A stretch of 63,154 nucleotides of DNA, counting the filler, from Basidioascus undulatus (taxonomy: Eukaryota): the NCBI GenBank assembly GCA_000826855.1. It is 3 parts of 3 records of this genome, joined end to end, with 100 filler letters (N's around TTAATTAATTAA, not from the genome) between each part and the next. Parts side by side here need not be neighbours in the genome. Positions count along the whole stretch, not along the records: positions 1 to 21,006 come from JTLS01000347.1; 2 more parts are not named here. The stretch is one strand, 5' to 3'. The position numbers and the translations under genes are program-made. Position 1 is the first letter of the stretch. Each line of letters opens with the position of its first letter. Shown one piece after another: positions 1 to 12,078 of the stretch. The notes beneath the pieces were generated by a model. It worked only from the letters and a program-made list of their open reading frames with translations, was not told the origin of the DNA and did not search any database.

Positions 1-1819
1 CCACTCTCGAAATATCCCTCCTCATCCACCCCTCCCAACTCGGGATCTCCCGCGCACCTCCCGCGCACCCTCCCGCCCACATCTCCCTCCCATCCACCTC
101 CCACACGCACGATCCCCCCGGCACCGGCGCAGCCTTGGAGGGTGCGCCGCCGCCCAAGCGCGGGCCGAGCACCCTCGCGCAGGCTGTGCGGGACCGCGTG
201 GAGGCGCAGCGGTTGCTGGAGGGGAAGGGTGGAGCCGGGTAGGGGTGCATGCATGCGTGCGTTGCTGGGATGGTATTGGTGTGGAATTAAGATGTGTGCG
301 TCAGGTTGTGCGGATAGAATGAGTGGGGGTGAGGCGGAATGGTAGGGCAGGCGGGGCGAGGCGGGCTGGGGGCGGGCGGCTGAAGAGGGACGGGGAAAGC
401 GAGCTTTTCAGCAGCGTGCACTGCGGGTTACTCTCCCGCCGTGTGGAGTGGTTAACCTGCGACGGATCACGGAGCTCGATCTTCGCCTTGTGATGGTTCC
501 CCGTCCATTCTCCCATCATGATCAGCAACTGGACTCACTCGGCAGCTGGCATCAGACCACCTTCCCCGAGTATGGTGACGCCTGCAGGCCCCCAGCTTAC
601 AACTAGTCTACTAAGATGTGCACCAATCGTGTCAGCGCTGGATACCGAGAGAGCGCTCCGCCGACGACCAGCCTGGCGCCTCTCATATGCATATCATCGT
701 CCTGCACAGCTGAGGTGCTGAGGAAATCGCTCGGCCCCTTGAAATCGCTGCACACCAGGGAACACGGAACATAGTGTCAGTCAGTCAATGTTGAATCCAA
801 GTACTTGGATTGCTAAGCTTTTTACTACTGAACTGGAGTGTCTACGGACCAGACCCAGATTCCACAGGGAGAACAGCACTCAAGGTAAATGGAATTATAC
901 GCTTTGTACATCGTGGACGAAATTGTATCATAGATTATAGTATAGGGTTGCTTGGAAAATGAACGTAAACAGCCATTCGTAACACGTAACCTACTAAGCC
1001 GCGTCAATGCACAGCGTTTTGGAAGGGGACCAACTTGCCAGCGCCGCCACCATTACATCCGTAATGCAGACCGGCATCCCTTCATTCATCCTACCGCACC
1101 CAGCCCATCTAAAAGAGCCGCGACATTCTGACCGCCGTCGTCCTTGTCACAACAGCTTACCGCAACTACCGCAAGCATGCGATGGGTAGTCCGGCTCCAC
1201 CATTACCTCCGTGTGAGCCTGGTATTGACAGGCCTCCTTCGGCCGAAGCGGCTGCTCATCTTCAGCATTCGACAGCTCCGATATACGACGTATTGGCCAA
1301 GACGACACAGCAACTCCGCTCTGCTTTGATCGCGTCGGGTTTGCGCCCCCGCCCCGCCTCTCTCCCTTCCCCTCCGTCTCCCTCCCAATCATTGAACAAC
1401 CCTCCGCGCTCTCCACCTCACGCTCCCACACTCAGGCAACACCGTTCGCAATGATCTCGTTTGCCGCACCATGCGCAGTTGTGTGACTGGCGTGCTCGTC
1501 AAGTCCATCGTGGCGCGCCTCAAATTGTCCCCGATCTATGAAAAGAGACCTTCTACTGTCCACATTTACATATCGGTGAGAGTCCAGGATGTCCCGGCTG
1601 CGCCTTGTTAGTACACCATCTCCGGCCCTTCGACCGCCATCCCAGCATCCACCGAGCCATTTCGCCAAACCGCAACTCAGACACAATACATGGACTTGTA
1701 CTGCTGGAGCGCCCTATGCCATTTGTAATAACAAGAATAATACAGCAATATGATCGGACTGGTGCTTCGGCGGTGTGTCTGCAAGTGCCGCCGGCCTTAA
1801 CCCGCTGGCTGCTGCAGCC

Positions 1820-4800
1820 TCAATTGACGATGGGTAATGTGAGGATCTTGGCATGGACGATTGCGTTCGTCGAGTCCACTTTGCCGTCCGGCGCCATCTC
1901 TTCAACTTTCCCTTCAACCTGAAAGTCCGCAGCGTCAGCAAACACCCGTAAACATTGCAGGGACGCCCACGCACCTGCTTCTCCCACAGCTCTGCAAAGT
2001 GCCCGCCGCGAGCGAGAAGCTCGGCGTGAGTACCTGTTCAGAGATACTTGCGAGTGAGTTGATGCTCGTCGTTCGGAAGAGGGGAATGGATCACCTTGCT
2101 CCACGATTACGCCGTCTTTCAGGAAGATAATTAAATCTGCCTTGGCGATAGTCTGAGTCCAGTCCTCTCTGTTTAGAACACGTGAGGCCGACTGAGGGCA
2201 GCTATCGAAGTGGTCCTCACAGATAGACGATGTGCCACGATCAACGTCGTCCGGCCTCTGGCAAGTGTGGAAAAGGCGCCTTGGATTTCCCGCTCTGTAT
2301 TGGTATCCAACGCGCTTGTTGCTGGAGAGGAAGAAATGAGCAGGATCCTTGGCTGGAAGCTTGAAAGAGTTTACCCTCATCCAAACACAAGATTGGGGCG
2401 TTCTTCAAAAGAGCGCGAGCGATGGCGATCTGGGTGGAAAGGGGGGTCAACAGTATCCAGTTCAAACTATGTACTGCCAAACGCACACGCTGTTTCTCGC
2501 CACCAGAGAGGCGCACGCCGCGCTCTCCAACTTTCGTTGCATACACTGAAAAGGGTGCCAGTTTGAGCCTTTAAGACGCGCGATGGAAACAGGAATGGCC
2601 GGCTTACTTTCAGGGAAAGTCAAGATACGGTCATGGATCTGAGCGGCTTTCGCCGCCCCGATAACCTCCTCCTCCGTTGCAGCACCGCTCTTTCCATATC
2701 TATTCGGCCGAAATGTAAGAGCAACCGTTCGCCCCGATAGGGCTACGGCGGGCCTACCGCAAGTTGAACGCAATGGTCTCGTTGAACAAAGCGCAGTCTT
2801 GAGGTATGATGGATCTGGTGTTGTAAGGTGAAGTGAGGTGACAGACGACGTATACCCCCTCGTGACATAGGTAAAAGAGCATTCCACGCACATATTTCTC
2901 CGCAGGGACTGCTGGTAGACGTCCCGAACGTCCTGACCATCTAGAGCACCTCGTTGAGCTGTGAAACGCTTCAAGACTAGAAATTGATGGGACCTACCGA
3001 TGAGGATCGAGCCACCCTGAATGTCGTAAAAACGGTATAACAAGCGGAGGATGGTTGACTGCCGCGAAAAGTCGCTCAGCAAAGCGTCGCATTAAACGGT
3101 ACTGTACACCCTACCTTCCCCGACCCAGACTCGCCGACCAGAGCGACGGACGCCCCAGGCGGAACCTTGAACGAAATTCCCTTGAGAGTCTGGACCTTGC
3201 CGTCATATCTGTAGGAGTCCACAGCTCAGCTGTGTCCATCCGTTCAGCTGGTGGTGACTGACGAGAAGCAGACGTCCTTGAACTCGATGGCGGCTTTGGA
3301 CACGACAAGTTCTGCAACGTTGTCCCCTCAATGCTTTGATCTGTACTGGAAACGAGATCGAAGAGACGGACCCTTTGCGTGAGGCTGATCGTTGACCTCT
3401 GTTGGCTCGTTCAGGAGCCCCACGAGCTCTGCAAAAGTTGGTTGATCAGTATGAAGCTTTGGTGCGAAGACCATTGGCTTACTTTCGGAGTCTATCAGAT
3501 TCGTATTGATGGTGCGATACAGCTGCAAATCTATGAGAATCAGATCGGCTCTTCCGCAAGCCAGGTTGAGAGTCGAGTACCGTGCCAAGTTGATTCAAGG
3601 GAGCATAAAGCTGCGGGTCTATGAGTTTCAATAAACGCTCCGATGTCGAACGGAGACCCCTACCTGATTTAGGAATGTCAGGAAGACTACGAACTCTGAT
3701 GCCTCGGTACGACCGGTCGTTACGCCGTACGCCACCATGAGAGAACCGACCGTGAGGCCGAGCGTCTATTGTGAATGGAGAAGGTCAGGATGAATGCAAG
3801 GGCTCGAAAATAAAAAAAGATCGCCCGATTATGCAGTGTTGTGACAAGTTCAGCGCGTATAGTGAGGCTGCACAACCTGTTAGTCCGGTCTCGAGCGGAT
3901 CTGATGGAAGACGCACTGAGGACCTGGCGTTCCACATTCTGGAAGACGTCGAACGCATGGCGATAACGAATCTTTTCTTGAACTTCCATAGTGAAGTACT
4001 CTTGAAAAGCCACCTCCCGTTATCGACCAGCTTCCTTTTACAGCTCTGTTCCGACGCACTGATTGTCTCGTAGTTCAAAAGAGCGTCGGTGTAGATGCCT
4101 CGGGTCTCGGCGTCCTTGTTGACCATGTCCCGGCGAAGGTCGGTGCACCAGCTGGTGAGAAGGGCGCTGAGGTAGCAGTAGGATACCATGACGACCAGGC
4201 TAAGGCCTGAGAGGAGCGGGCCGAACTTGAAAAGGAAGTAGCCGAGCGCGACGCAGATGTCGAGCAGAACCGGGAGAACGTTGAATAGGAGGGTCTGTAA
4301 ACCAAGTCTGTAGGTTCAGTGTACTCGAACGAATTGAACTGAAGAACTCGATACACTGACCTGAAAGAAGTTGTTGCTACGATAGCAAGGACAGTCAGCG
4401 GTCGGGTCGATGCAAAGCAACACAACCGACTGAGCACCTACAGTGCTGCGCCTCTCTACAGGAAATGTCAATTAGCCCCCTATAACTCTGTGACTTGGTA
4501 GCTCAGCTTACATCCAATATTCGAAGGATCTCGCCCGTTTTCCGGTGGGTGTGAAATGCTAGAGAGAGGTTGAGCAAGTGCATGAAGCAGTGATAGGACA
4601 GTCGAGAGTCCTTTTGAAAGCCTGGCTTAAGCATGGAAAGGAACAAGAAAATTTGTCCTCCCCACATACCGTATATTGCATGAGAGGCTGATAACCCATT
4701 CTCAGAGGTCAGCGAGGTGCACCACACCCTTCGGAAATTGGGAGAGACGTACGATCCAGAAGTAGGACTGGGCGACCTGCAGAAGACCCGCACTGCCCTG

Positions 4801-5369
4801 GAAGAAATTCAGGCACAAGTACATGACGAGGTGGGACCAAGGCGCTGTGTTTGTGTTTCTTTCAATCATGTGGAGTAGGGCCTCACGAGAAGTGTAGAAC
4901 AAGAAGACACGCACATTCCCCTGTCGTGAGGTCCGCCACAACTTCTCCGAGCTGTATAGGCGCCAGTGCATTGACGACTCGGCCCAACACGAGCAACCCC
5001 AAGCAGAATACCTGTACCAAACAGCAAGCCCTTCAGTGCTTGGAGCCCCCGGATTTTCCGACCTTCCCGACTAGCGAACTCCAACGTCCCACGCACCGCA
5101 ATAAGCTGTAGCTTGAGCGATCCCGACGGCCAAAGGAGAGGGAACAGAACGTGCAAGTTCTGAAAGACGCTGCTGACTGTAGCGCGTTCTATATCCCTAC
5201 CCTTCGGGCGGTCGGCGGGGGGTTGTGGATTTCGAGCGGACGCTTCGACGTCAACGCCCTTCCCCGTCTCGGGGGCTTGGAAGATGATAGGCAGCCGTAG
5301 TGCCAATGTGATGACGACGCACTCCCCGGCGAGGAGCGCGAAGGCGAAGAGGAAGACGACGGTGAGCAT
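1820..5369 (-). CDS. HMT1: Half-size ABC transporter, HMT1/ABCB6 (heavy-metal tolerance) type, multi-exon
   Basis: Spliced translation gives TMD motifs ([53 protein letters not shown]), Walker [24 protein letters not shown], signature LSGGEKQR, Walker B ILCLDE, D-loop ATSALD and a C-terminal [19 protein letters not shown]. Start ATG 5369 is tentative; stop at 1820. Confidence 0.85.
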
Positions 5370-6336
5370 CTCGCGAAGGTTGGTTGGACGAGCTCGTGTG
5401 ACTGCTCGTGTGACTGGATTGCGAAGGGGGTGGATGGACAAAGGTTGTGTAGATCAAGATGGTCTGGTCTGGTGCCTGTTCGATCCGCCGTCTCTCGGAA
5501 GCATTGCCGTCGTCTTCGGACGACCGCGTTCCGCTACAGGGACTAAAATCTGCCCGCTCTCCAGATGTTCCCGCTCATCATACCTTCGCAAGCTCCTTCG
5601 TCATGCTGCTCCCACGTGCATCCTTAGACATGTCAGGCAGCGGTGTTTTGGAAAAAATGTCAGAGCCTTTGGTACTTCAGGAGGGTTCGTCGTTAAGGAA
5701 AGCAAGACAGCCTGACCTTGCACTCACGGGACTTGAAGCGGGACGCCCGTCAACCGTAATACAAGTATGATGGGTGGTCTACAGACTTTCAGTTCAAAAC
5801 TTTACGGTAAAATTTCCAATGCAATGTTCGGGCTATATTGTACAGACCGCAGCATTGGAGACTTAAACCGTCGAACTCAAGGCAGAACCAACGCTTGCCT
5901 TGAGTCTACTCGCCGACAATCGGCCCGTGGAACCTAAATCTTCAGAGGTAGACCTAAATGTTCTCCGGACGTAACTCAGCACAAATACAGCCTTGAAAGT
6001 TAAGTAAAGGATTGCCGGTTGATCTGTTGCAGAGTACTTTCGGCAGCGCGCACCCGCAGCGCGCAGCGGACATGTTGCCCTCTTGCACCTCGTGATTAAT
6101 AGATGTATTTAAGCTATTCCTGTTTCTTGGAGAGATAATCTCAACTACCTAACCAGAAGCGCAGACGACCTGCTCTTTAAATCCAACATTCCCACGTCAT
6201 GTCGTCGTCAGCTTCAACTGAGATAGGCATCCGCCGGGGGAGGTGACGAATGCCAATTGACTCGCAACATCCCGATGCAAGATGAGTAGTGTTCTGGCAA
6301 TGTAATCAAGCTAAACATCTCGTCCACTGTACATTC

Positions 6337-7271
6337 CTACTCCCCCTCGCTACCGGCCTCATCCCCATCCACTGCACTCGAACCGTTCTCCCCTTCCTCC
6401 TCACCCCTCTTCCTCTTGCCCGGGATCCTCTCCCCTCCGCTCCCCCCCGCCTGCCTACCAAACATCCCGTCCAACTTCATTTGGCCCTTCTCGTGCGTCG
6501 CGATCTTGACCTTCTCGCCCGCGTGCACGGGCGCGAGGCCCAGCACGCGCCGCTTCGCGTCCTCGAGAAGCTCGACCTCGCGCTCACGCTGGGCTTTCAC
6601 CTTGGGGATCGACCACGACGAGGAGGCGGCGGTTTTGTGCGCGAGCTTGTACTTTGAGCCGGTGAGGTGCGTCTCGTACGTGTTCGCGTCGGTCTTGCGA
6701 ACGTACTGTGGGTAACCAGAAAGGCACCAATTGTAAGCGCGTATTAGACCCCTCTCGCGTCGGAAGAGGAATATGAAGGTAATGAACTCACCTGGTGCGC
6801 AACGATCATCCAGTGATACTCAGTCCCCACCGGCGCCCCACTCCCCTTCGGCGCCTTCCTCGCCCTCTTCTTCGTTGCCCGATAGTCGATCTTCCACAGA
6901 TCCGGCTCCTCCTTAGTCTCCTTCCACACGCCCGGCTGGTACTCCCACGTATGACTCCCACCAACCGCCATCCCGCTGTACACCTGGCCCTTGTGCGTCT
7001 TGAGCGCGTTGTAGCCGCCCGCGTACCCTCCGGCTTTGGCGGAAGTGGACGTGGAAGAGGTGGAGGTATTGGGGACTTCTTCTTCGTCGAGCAGAGCGGG
7101 GTCGATGGACATTAGGCTGTCGAAGGTCGGCGCGCTCGAGTCGGTCGAGACGCCATCGTCGGCGTCGTCGGGCTCGTCCTCGGGGGCTGTCGGGGGATCG
7201 AGCGCGGATGCGGGCGGGGAAGGGGGAGCAGGAGGGGGAGATGACTTCTTGGTGCGTTTTGCAGGAGACAT
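6337..7271 (-). CDS. Conserved uncharacterised protein (2 exons: 7271-6792, 6705-6337)
   Basis: A GTGAGT...CAG intron joins two ORFs in frame. A low-complexity N-terminus precedes a compact domain, YNALKTHKGQVYSGMAVGGSHTWEYQPGVWKETKEEPDLWKIDYRATKKRARKAPKGSGAPVGTEYHWMIVAHQ|YVRKTDANTYETHLTGSKYKLAHK. Codon usage is strongly GC3-biased. Confidence 0.85.
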
Positions 7272-7347
7272 GCTTAGTATCGGCGGGACGATGGGTCGGG
7301 ATGAAGCAGCCTCAGCACGAAGAGGGTGGAGATAGAGACGGTACGAG

Positions 7348-7355
7348 TGACGTCA
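7348..7355. promoter_or_regulatory. CRE/ATF palindrome TGACGTCA ~80 bp upstream of the uncharacterised gene
   Basis: Perfect TGACGTCA in the divergent promoter region. An 8-mer can arise by chance; another copy lies in a GND intron. Confidence 0.25.
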
Positions 7356-8210
7356 GGAAGCGTAATACTAGACGGCACCGCTTAAGATCGACAAACGCTC
7401 GGGGATGGGTGTGAAATGGGGTCCATACATGGCATTGACGATGGGCACAAGCCTTGTCAAGCGAAGAGAAACGCGGCTGCGAGGGACTTTCAGCGAAACA
7501 GTCTACAGTCGAGCAGCCCAGCTGGACGTGAAAAACTGGCACCCTTTGCAACACCTGCTCTTCGAAGGCCATATCTGAGAGACCCTGTATTCCCTGTTCA
7601 GTTTGACCGTCACAAATCTCATCTGAGAAAAAAAAACGCGTCACTTACAGCTTGCGTATAGCAAGTGCGCCGTTGCAAGTGAGAAGGCACTGCAGCGTGT
7701 CAGTGGATGCAGTCCTGTGTTCCGTCGGGGCCAGGTTGTTGTGACTCCTTCTACCAAAGGACAGCGCTCTTTCAGCCGATGAAAATACTTTTAACATGAA
7801 ACATCCAACGGGGTGTAGCTTTGTGATTTGCTCGAGACTGTTGGACAGGGAAGCAATGCATTGCAGCGTCCATTTTCGGCGTTGTCATAGCCGACAGACA
7901 TTTCATTCCACGCAGGCAGTCCGACCAAGCCCGCCCCCGCGTGCGTCTTCTCTGCTCCCAACTCTCACTCTCCAATCTTTGTTCAGACTCCGTGGTTGGG
8001 ATTGTTTGGCGCTGGGAAACAGGTGGTTCGGTTGTATTTGCGGCTCTTGGTAAGTTTTTCCCTTGCTCTGTACATAGCTCGAAAGCGAGCGAATCCCGCG
8101 GTTGAAGGGGGCACGCCTTGCTCCCGGTCGGTCCTCGCCCAGATGACGCGAGATGGGAAGGGCACGGGGTATTTACTAACTGCAAACCAAACCATAGACC
8201 TCAACCCGCC

Positions 8211-10106
8211 ATGCCCGTTTCGCCGCACCCACTGCGGCCTCTCCCGCAGCCGCTGCTCCACCTCGTCCTCTCCTTCGCGCACCCCTCCTCCCTACCCAAT
8301 CACGCCCGCGCAGCCTCCCCGCTCCTGCACCGCCTAGTATCCCACAAATCGACTCCACCACCCGCATCCTCCTTCCCACACTCGCGTCCTAACACCCGTG
8401 TCGACTACTCGCTCTTCGAGTCCCCCGCGCTCGCAGACTACCCGCTACTGCCCCCCTCGCCCATCACCCCCACCCCGCCCGCATCGGCGTTCCTCGTTAG
8501 TCTCGTCGAGGACGGGAAATACTCCGCGGCGGAGGATGCACGCAGGGAGTTGCTCGAGATGGGCGTGCGCGTCGAACCGCACGAGGCGTACGCGGGCATC
8601 GCCGAGCACAGGCTGTGCGCGGACGGGGACACACAGGCGTTCCTCACCTGGCTGGCGCATACCCCTGCCTGCCCCGTTCGCGCAGCGAAATTCTTCACGC
8701 ATCTCCCACCGACCCACCTCTCGTCCATAGCTCGCTTCGCAGAGCTCGCAGGCGCGGACGAGCTCCTCGCGGGCCGGATCATCGCGCACCTGGCGCGCTT
8801 CGGGCCGCCGTTGGCCGTAGCGGAGTGGCTCATGCGAATGGAGGAGACGGGCGATGCGGCGTGGGGGCGGCTACGGGGCATCTTCCTGCGCCAGCTTGCG
8901 CTCAGCGGGCGTCCAGCGACGGCGGCCGATCTCCTCGCCACGCTGCGCCAGCGCGACGCCGGGCGGTGGACGCCGAGCCGGCACACGTACACTCTCATAG
9001 TCCAGGAATGCCTCAAGACGAAAACGAGCGAGCCGCTGCCCATGGTCCTCCAGCTCTTCGTCGAGGACTACCCCACCGCCTCTGCCGAGTTCCTCACGTC
9101 CCCCTCGATCGGCCCTACCGCGGCCCCGGCGGACCACATCCTGGCTGCCGAGCGGGAAATCCAGCACCTCGCATCCTCAGGCCAGCGAACCCTCGCGCGT
9201 CTTCGCGCACGCCAACTCCTCCGCACTTCCTCGCACCTCCCCTCGCCCGAGACGCTCCTCTCCCTTCTCGGCGTCCTTGCACGGCTCCCTCCTCCTCGTC
9301 GCTCCTCCGCTCTCAACACCCTCTCCCGGCGTCTTCTCTCCCCGCCTCATCACCCCCGCCCGGCTCGCTCACTCTGGGCTCTAGTACAAATGCTGCACGC
9401 CCTCCGCCGGCGCGCACCGACCCCCGAAGACCGGCGCGCCGCCGCGCTCGAAGCCCTCCAGACCTTCACTTCAACTTTCCAGCTGATCGGTGTGCCCCCA
9501 CATCGGATCGCCGACGAGCTCGGGCCCGCCGCGCCGCGCCCTGAACTAGGGACCGATCTCTTCTGGCCAACATCGGAAGCGCTCGGCGCGTGCTACGCGG
9601 CGCTCATCCAGGCTCGCTCGGACCACCGGGACAGGCACGAGCTGCTCTGGCGCGAGTTCCTCGAACTCTCCTCCCCACCTTCTCCTTCCTTATCCGCCGC
9701 CTCCGCACTCCCCTTCGCCCTCCCCCCCGTCATGCGCCCCGACGCGCAGACCGCACTCCCCTTCCTGCACGCCTTCGCGCGCAGCAGCGGGCCGAACCGG
9801 CTCGAGCGCGCGCTGAACGAGCTGCGCCAGCATGCGTGCGTCGACGCGCGCACCCTCGGCACGGGCGTGCTGATGCGCGCGTTTGCGGCGAGGGGGAACA
9901 CGCGCGCGCTGGTGGATCTGCTGGAGCGTGGGGCGGAGGGGCAGAGGTATGAGGAGTGGGAGGACGAGCTGAGGGAGGTCGCGGAGAGGTATGGACGCTG
10001 GTCGACGGCGGAGATGCTTAGGAGGCGGGCGGACAGGATGAGGCCGGCGCGGGAGGAGAGCGGAGAAGAACCGGTCGTGCATGAGTTGCAGACAGTCATG
10101 GGATGA
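8211..10106 (+). CDS. Putative mitochondrial helical-repeat (PPR-like) protein, intronless
   Basis: ~630-aa ORF from ATG 8211. The N-terminus is Arg/Leu/Ser/Pro-rich and lacks acidic residues (presequence-like). PPR-like segments: PSRHTYTLIVQECLK, PTSEALGACYAALIQ, PDAQTALPFLHAFARS, TGVLMRAFAARGNTRALVDLLE. Confidence 0.6.
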   Translation: MPVSPHPLRPLPQPLLHLVLSFAHPSSLPNHARAASPLLHRLVSHKSTPPPASSFPHSRPNTRVDYSLFESPALADYPLLPPSPITPTPPASAFLVSLVEDGKYSAAEDARRELLEMGVRVEPHEAYAGIAEHRLCADGDTQAFLTWLAHTPACPVRAAKFFTHLPPTHLSSIARFAELAGADELLAGRIIAHLARFGPPLAVAEWLMRMEETGDAAWGRLRGIFLRQLALSGRPATAADLLATLRQRDAGRWTPSRHTYTLIVQECLKTKTSEPLPMVLQLFVEDYPTASAEFLTSPSIGPTAAPADHILAAEREIQHLASSGQRTLARLRARQLLRTSSHLPSPETLLSLLGVLARLPPPRRSSALNTLSRRLLSPPHHPRPARSLWALVQMLHALRRRAPTPEDRRAAALEALQTFTSTFQLIGVPPHRIADELGPAAPRPELGTDLFWPTSEALGACYAALIQARSDHRDRHELLWREFLELSSPPSPSLSAASALPFALPPVMRPDAQTALPFLHAFARSSGPNRLERALNELRQHACVDARTLGTGVLMRAFAARGNTRALVDLLERGAEGQRYEEWEDELREVAERYGRWSTAEMLRRRADRMRPAREESGEEPVVHELQTVMG

Positions 10107-10365
10107 ACCGAGGTTTCGTTGATTTTTCGACTGCTTTGTCTGGCTGCTGCTTTTGGAAACCGATCTTAAAGGTGCAGTCCTGCATATTCTCTCTGTGGAC
10201 CAGCATGCAGGCACACAGCGGTTGGGTTGAACGCTATCGACGGCCAGCCCTGCCAGACGTCATATTCGCCCCTTATCCGCGCTCTGCGTCTTCTCCTCTT
10301 CCCCTTCCGCCCATCTCGCTCGTCTTTCTCTCTCATCATATAGTAACCTTGACCTTCCAGCCCAT

Positions 10366-11529
10366 ATGAATCCCACCCCTCCACCGACGACGTCCCCACC
10401 TGCACCTCGTAAATCGAAGCGCCGTCAGGCTCCCGACAGTGCCGACGCCCCGGCGGCGTCCAGCACGAAGCGCTCTCGATCTCGCCCACCGTCTCCAACG
10501 CAGGAGCGCCAGCCTGAACTGCAAGGCCTCCCGACGTACCTCGCCCCCAACCTCGACGTACTGTTCCTCGGTGTGAACGCGGGAGTACCGGCGGCGCAGA
10601 AGCAGCGGTACTTTGTGGGTGGGAACCACTTTTGGAAGTGCTTGGAGCGGGGTGGTGCGTTCTACGTCTCTTCTTTACACTGAGTTTTCTGCGCATGCTC
10701 AATTGCCGGAGTGGATGGTGCGAATCAGGGTTGACGGACAGGCTGTACACGCCTGACGAAGACTATCTCCTTCCCACGACGCACAAGCTCGGCCTCGTGC
10801 GTCTGCCTTCCCCCCACTCACCCCCATCCTCTCAAAGCTTACCCTCAAACCTCTCTCCAGACCACACTAGTGTACCGCCCGACCGTCGGCCTCTCCTGCC
10901 TCTCCAAGGCCGAGCTCCGCCGCGGCGTCCCAGCCCTGCTCGACAAGCTCGCGCACTCGCGCCCGCGCATCCTGTGCGTGCTCGGCAAAGCGATGTGGGA
11001 CGAGATCGCCTTCACAGTGTCCAACGCGATGGGCGTCGAAGTCCCTGCTTGCCCTGATATAGAGAGCGGGAGGAAACAGATCACGAGCGCCCCGACGACG
11101 CCGAGCCCGAAGAAGCGGAGGGCTTCCTCGTCGGGTTCACTTACGCCACGGCAGGCGGAGAAGCGGCGAGCTGGGATTGAGACGGAGAAGGGAAAGAAGC
11201 ACTTTGTTTATGGCCTGCAGGCGCTCAAGGTCGTCTATCCGCCCAGCGACGACGGGACGGAACACAGGGAGACGCTCTTCTACGTCACATACAATCCTTC
11301 TGGGCGGGTAGCCTTCCCCACGGTGCGTATGCTCAGCCTGTTACTATTTCCTGGCCTCATGCTTCTTATCTTGTACTTGCCATGCCAGATCGCAGAGCGA
11401 TATCAGCTCTTCGTCGAGCTCAAGGATATCCTTGAGCGGGTTCAGCAGGGCGGGGCAGAGAGCGTGGATTCGAGTGAATTTGTGCTAGTGGATGCGGACA
11501 CAGTACGGAATACTTGGAGTGGACTGTAG
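10366..11529 (+). CDS. Mismatch-specific uracil/thymine DNA glycosylase (TDG/MUG, UDG family 2), multi-exon
   Basis: LPTYLAPNLDVLFLGVNAG...GNHFWKCL, GL|TTLVYRPT, LSKAELRRGVPALLDKL...PRILCVLGK and FYVTYNPSGR match TDG/MUG motifs 1 and 2. The introns are GT-AG. Confidence 0.85.
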
Positions 11530-12078
11530 CTCTGTAGCTATCGGATGCCTGGGGAGGACTGTAGCTCTCCGATTTTTGGGTGGACTGTGTGTGGCTTTCA
11601 GACTTCGGATCACGGGATGAACTGTAGCTTTCGGAGGATCTGTGGACTATATGGTTGATTTGAACACGTCGCCCGACAGGGCACGACTGCTTGGACCAAA
11701 ATTCGCCGACCGGGTGCGAATAAGGTCCGACTGTCTGTCAGTGTGAATGTACGTAGCAGAGTGCCGCTTCCGCTGCCGCTGGTTGTTAGGTGATCGCTTT
11801 GTGCGATTGGAGGCAAACGTTCTAATTGCTTACTATGCAGCGAAAGCAAGCATGAATGCGACTACTAAGCTGCACCCGACCCCAATTGGAACTTTAGGAA
11901 CCTTGGCTTGAAAAAGTATCGCAGGTGTTGTCCACGAGCTAGAGCAGGCTGAGGAAACATGCCCTTTATCACTTTCCCGTCTCCGAACTTCCAGCTTTAA
12001 CCTGTGAACCTTGCCTTTGCAGGTTCTTTCCAGAACGCTTATCTGAGATCACATAATCTTTTCAGGACGGTGCGGCTC

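Noticed and set aside
1..1800. Possible gene fragments at the window start
   Set aside because: An open minus-strand frame runs off the left edge, but there is no recognisable motif or reliable exon structure.
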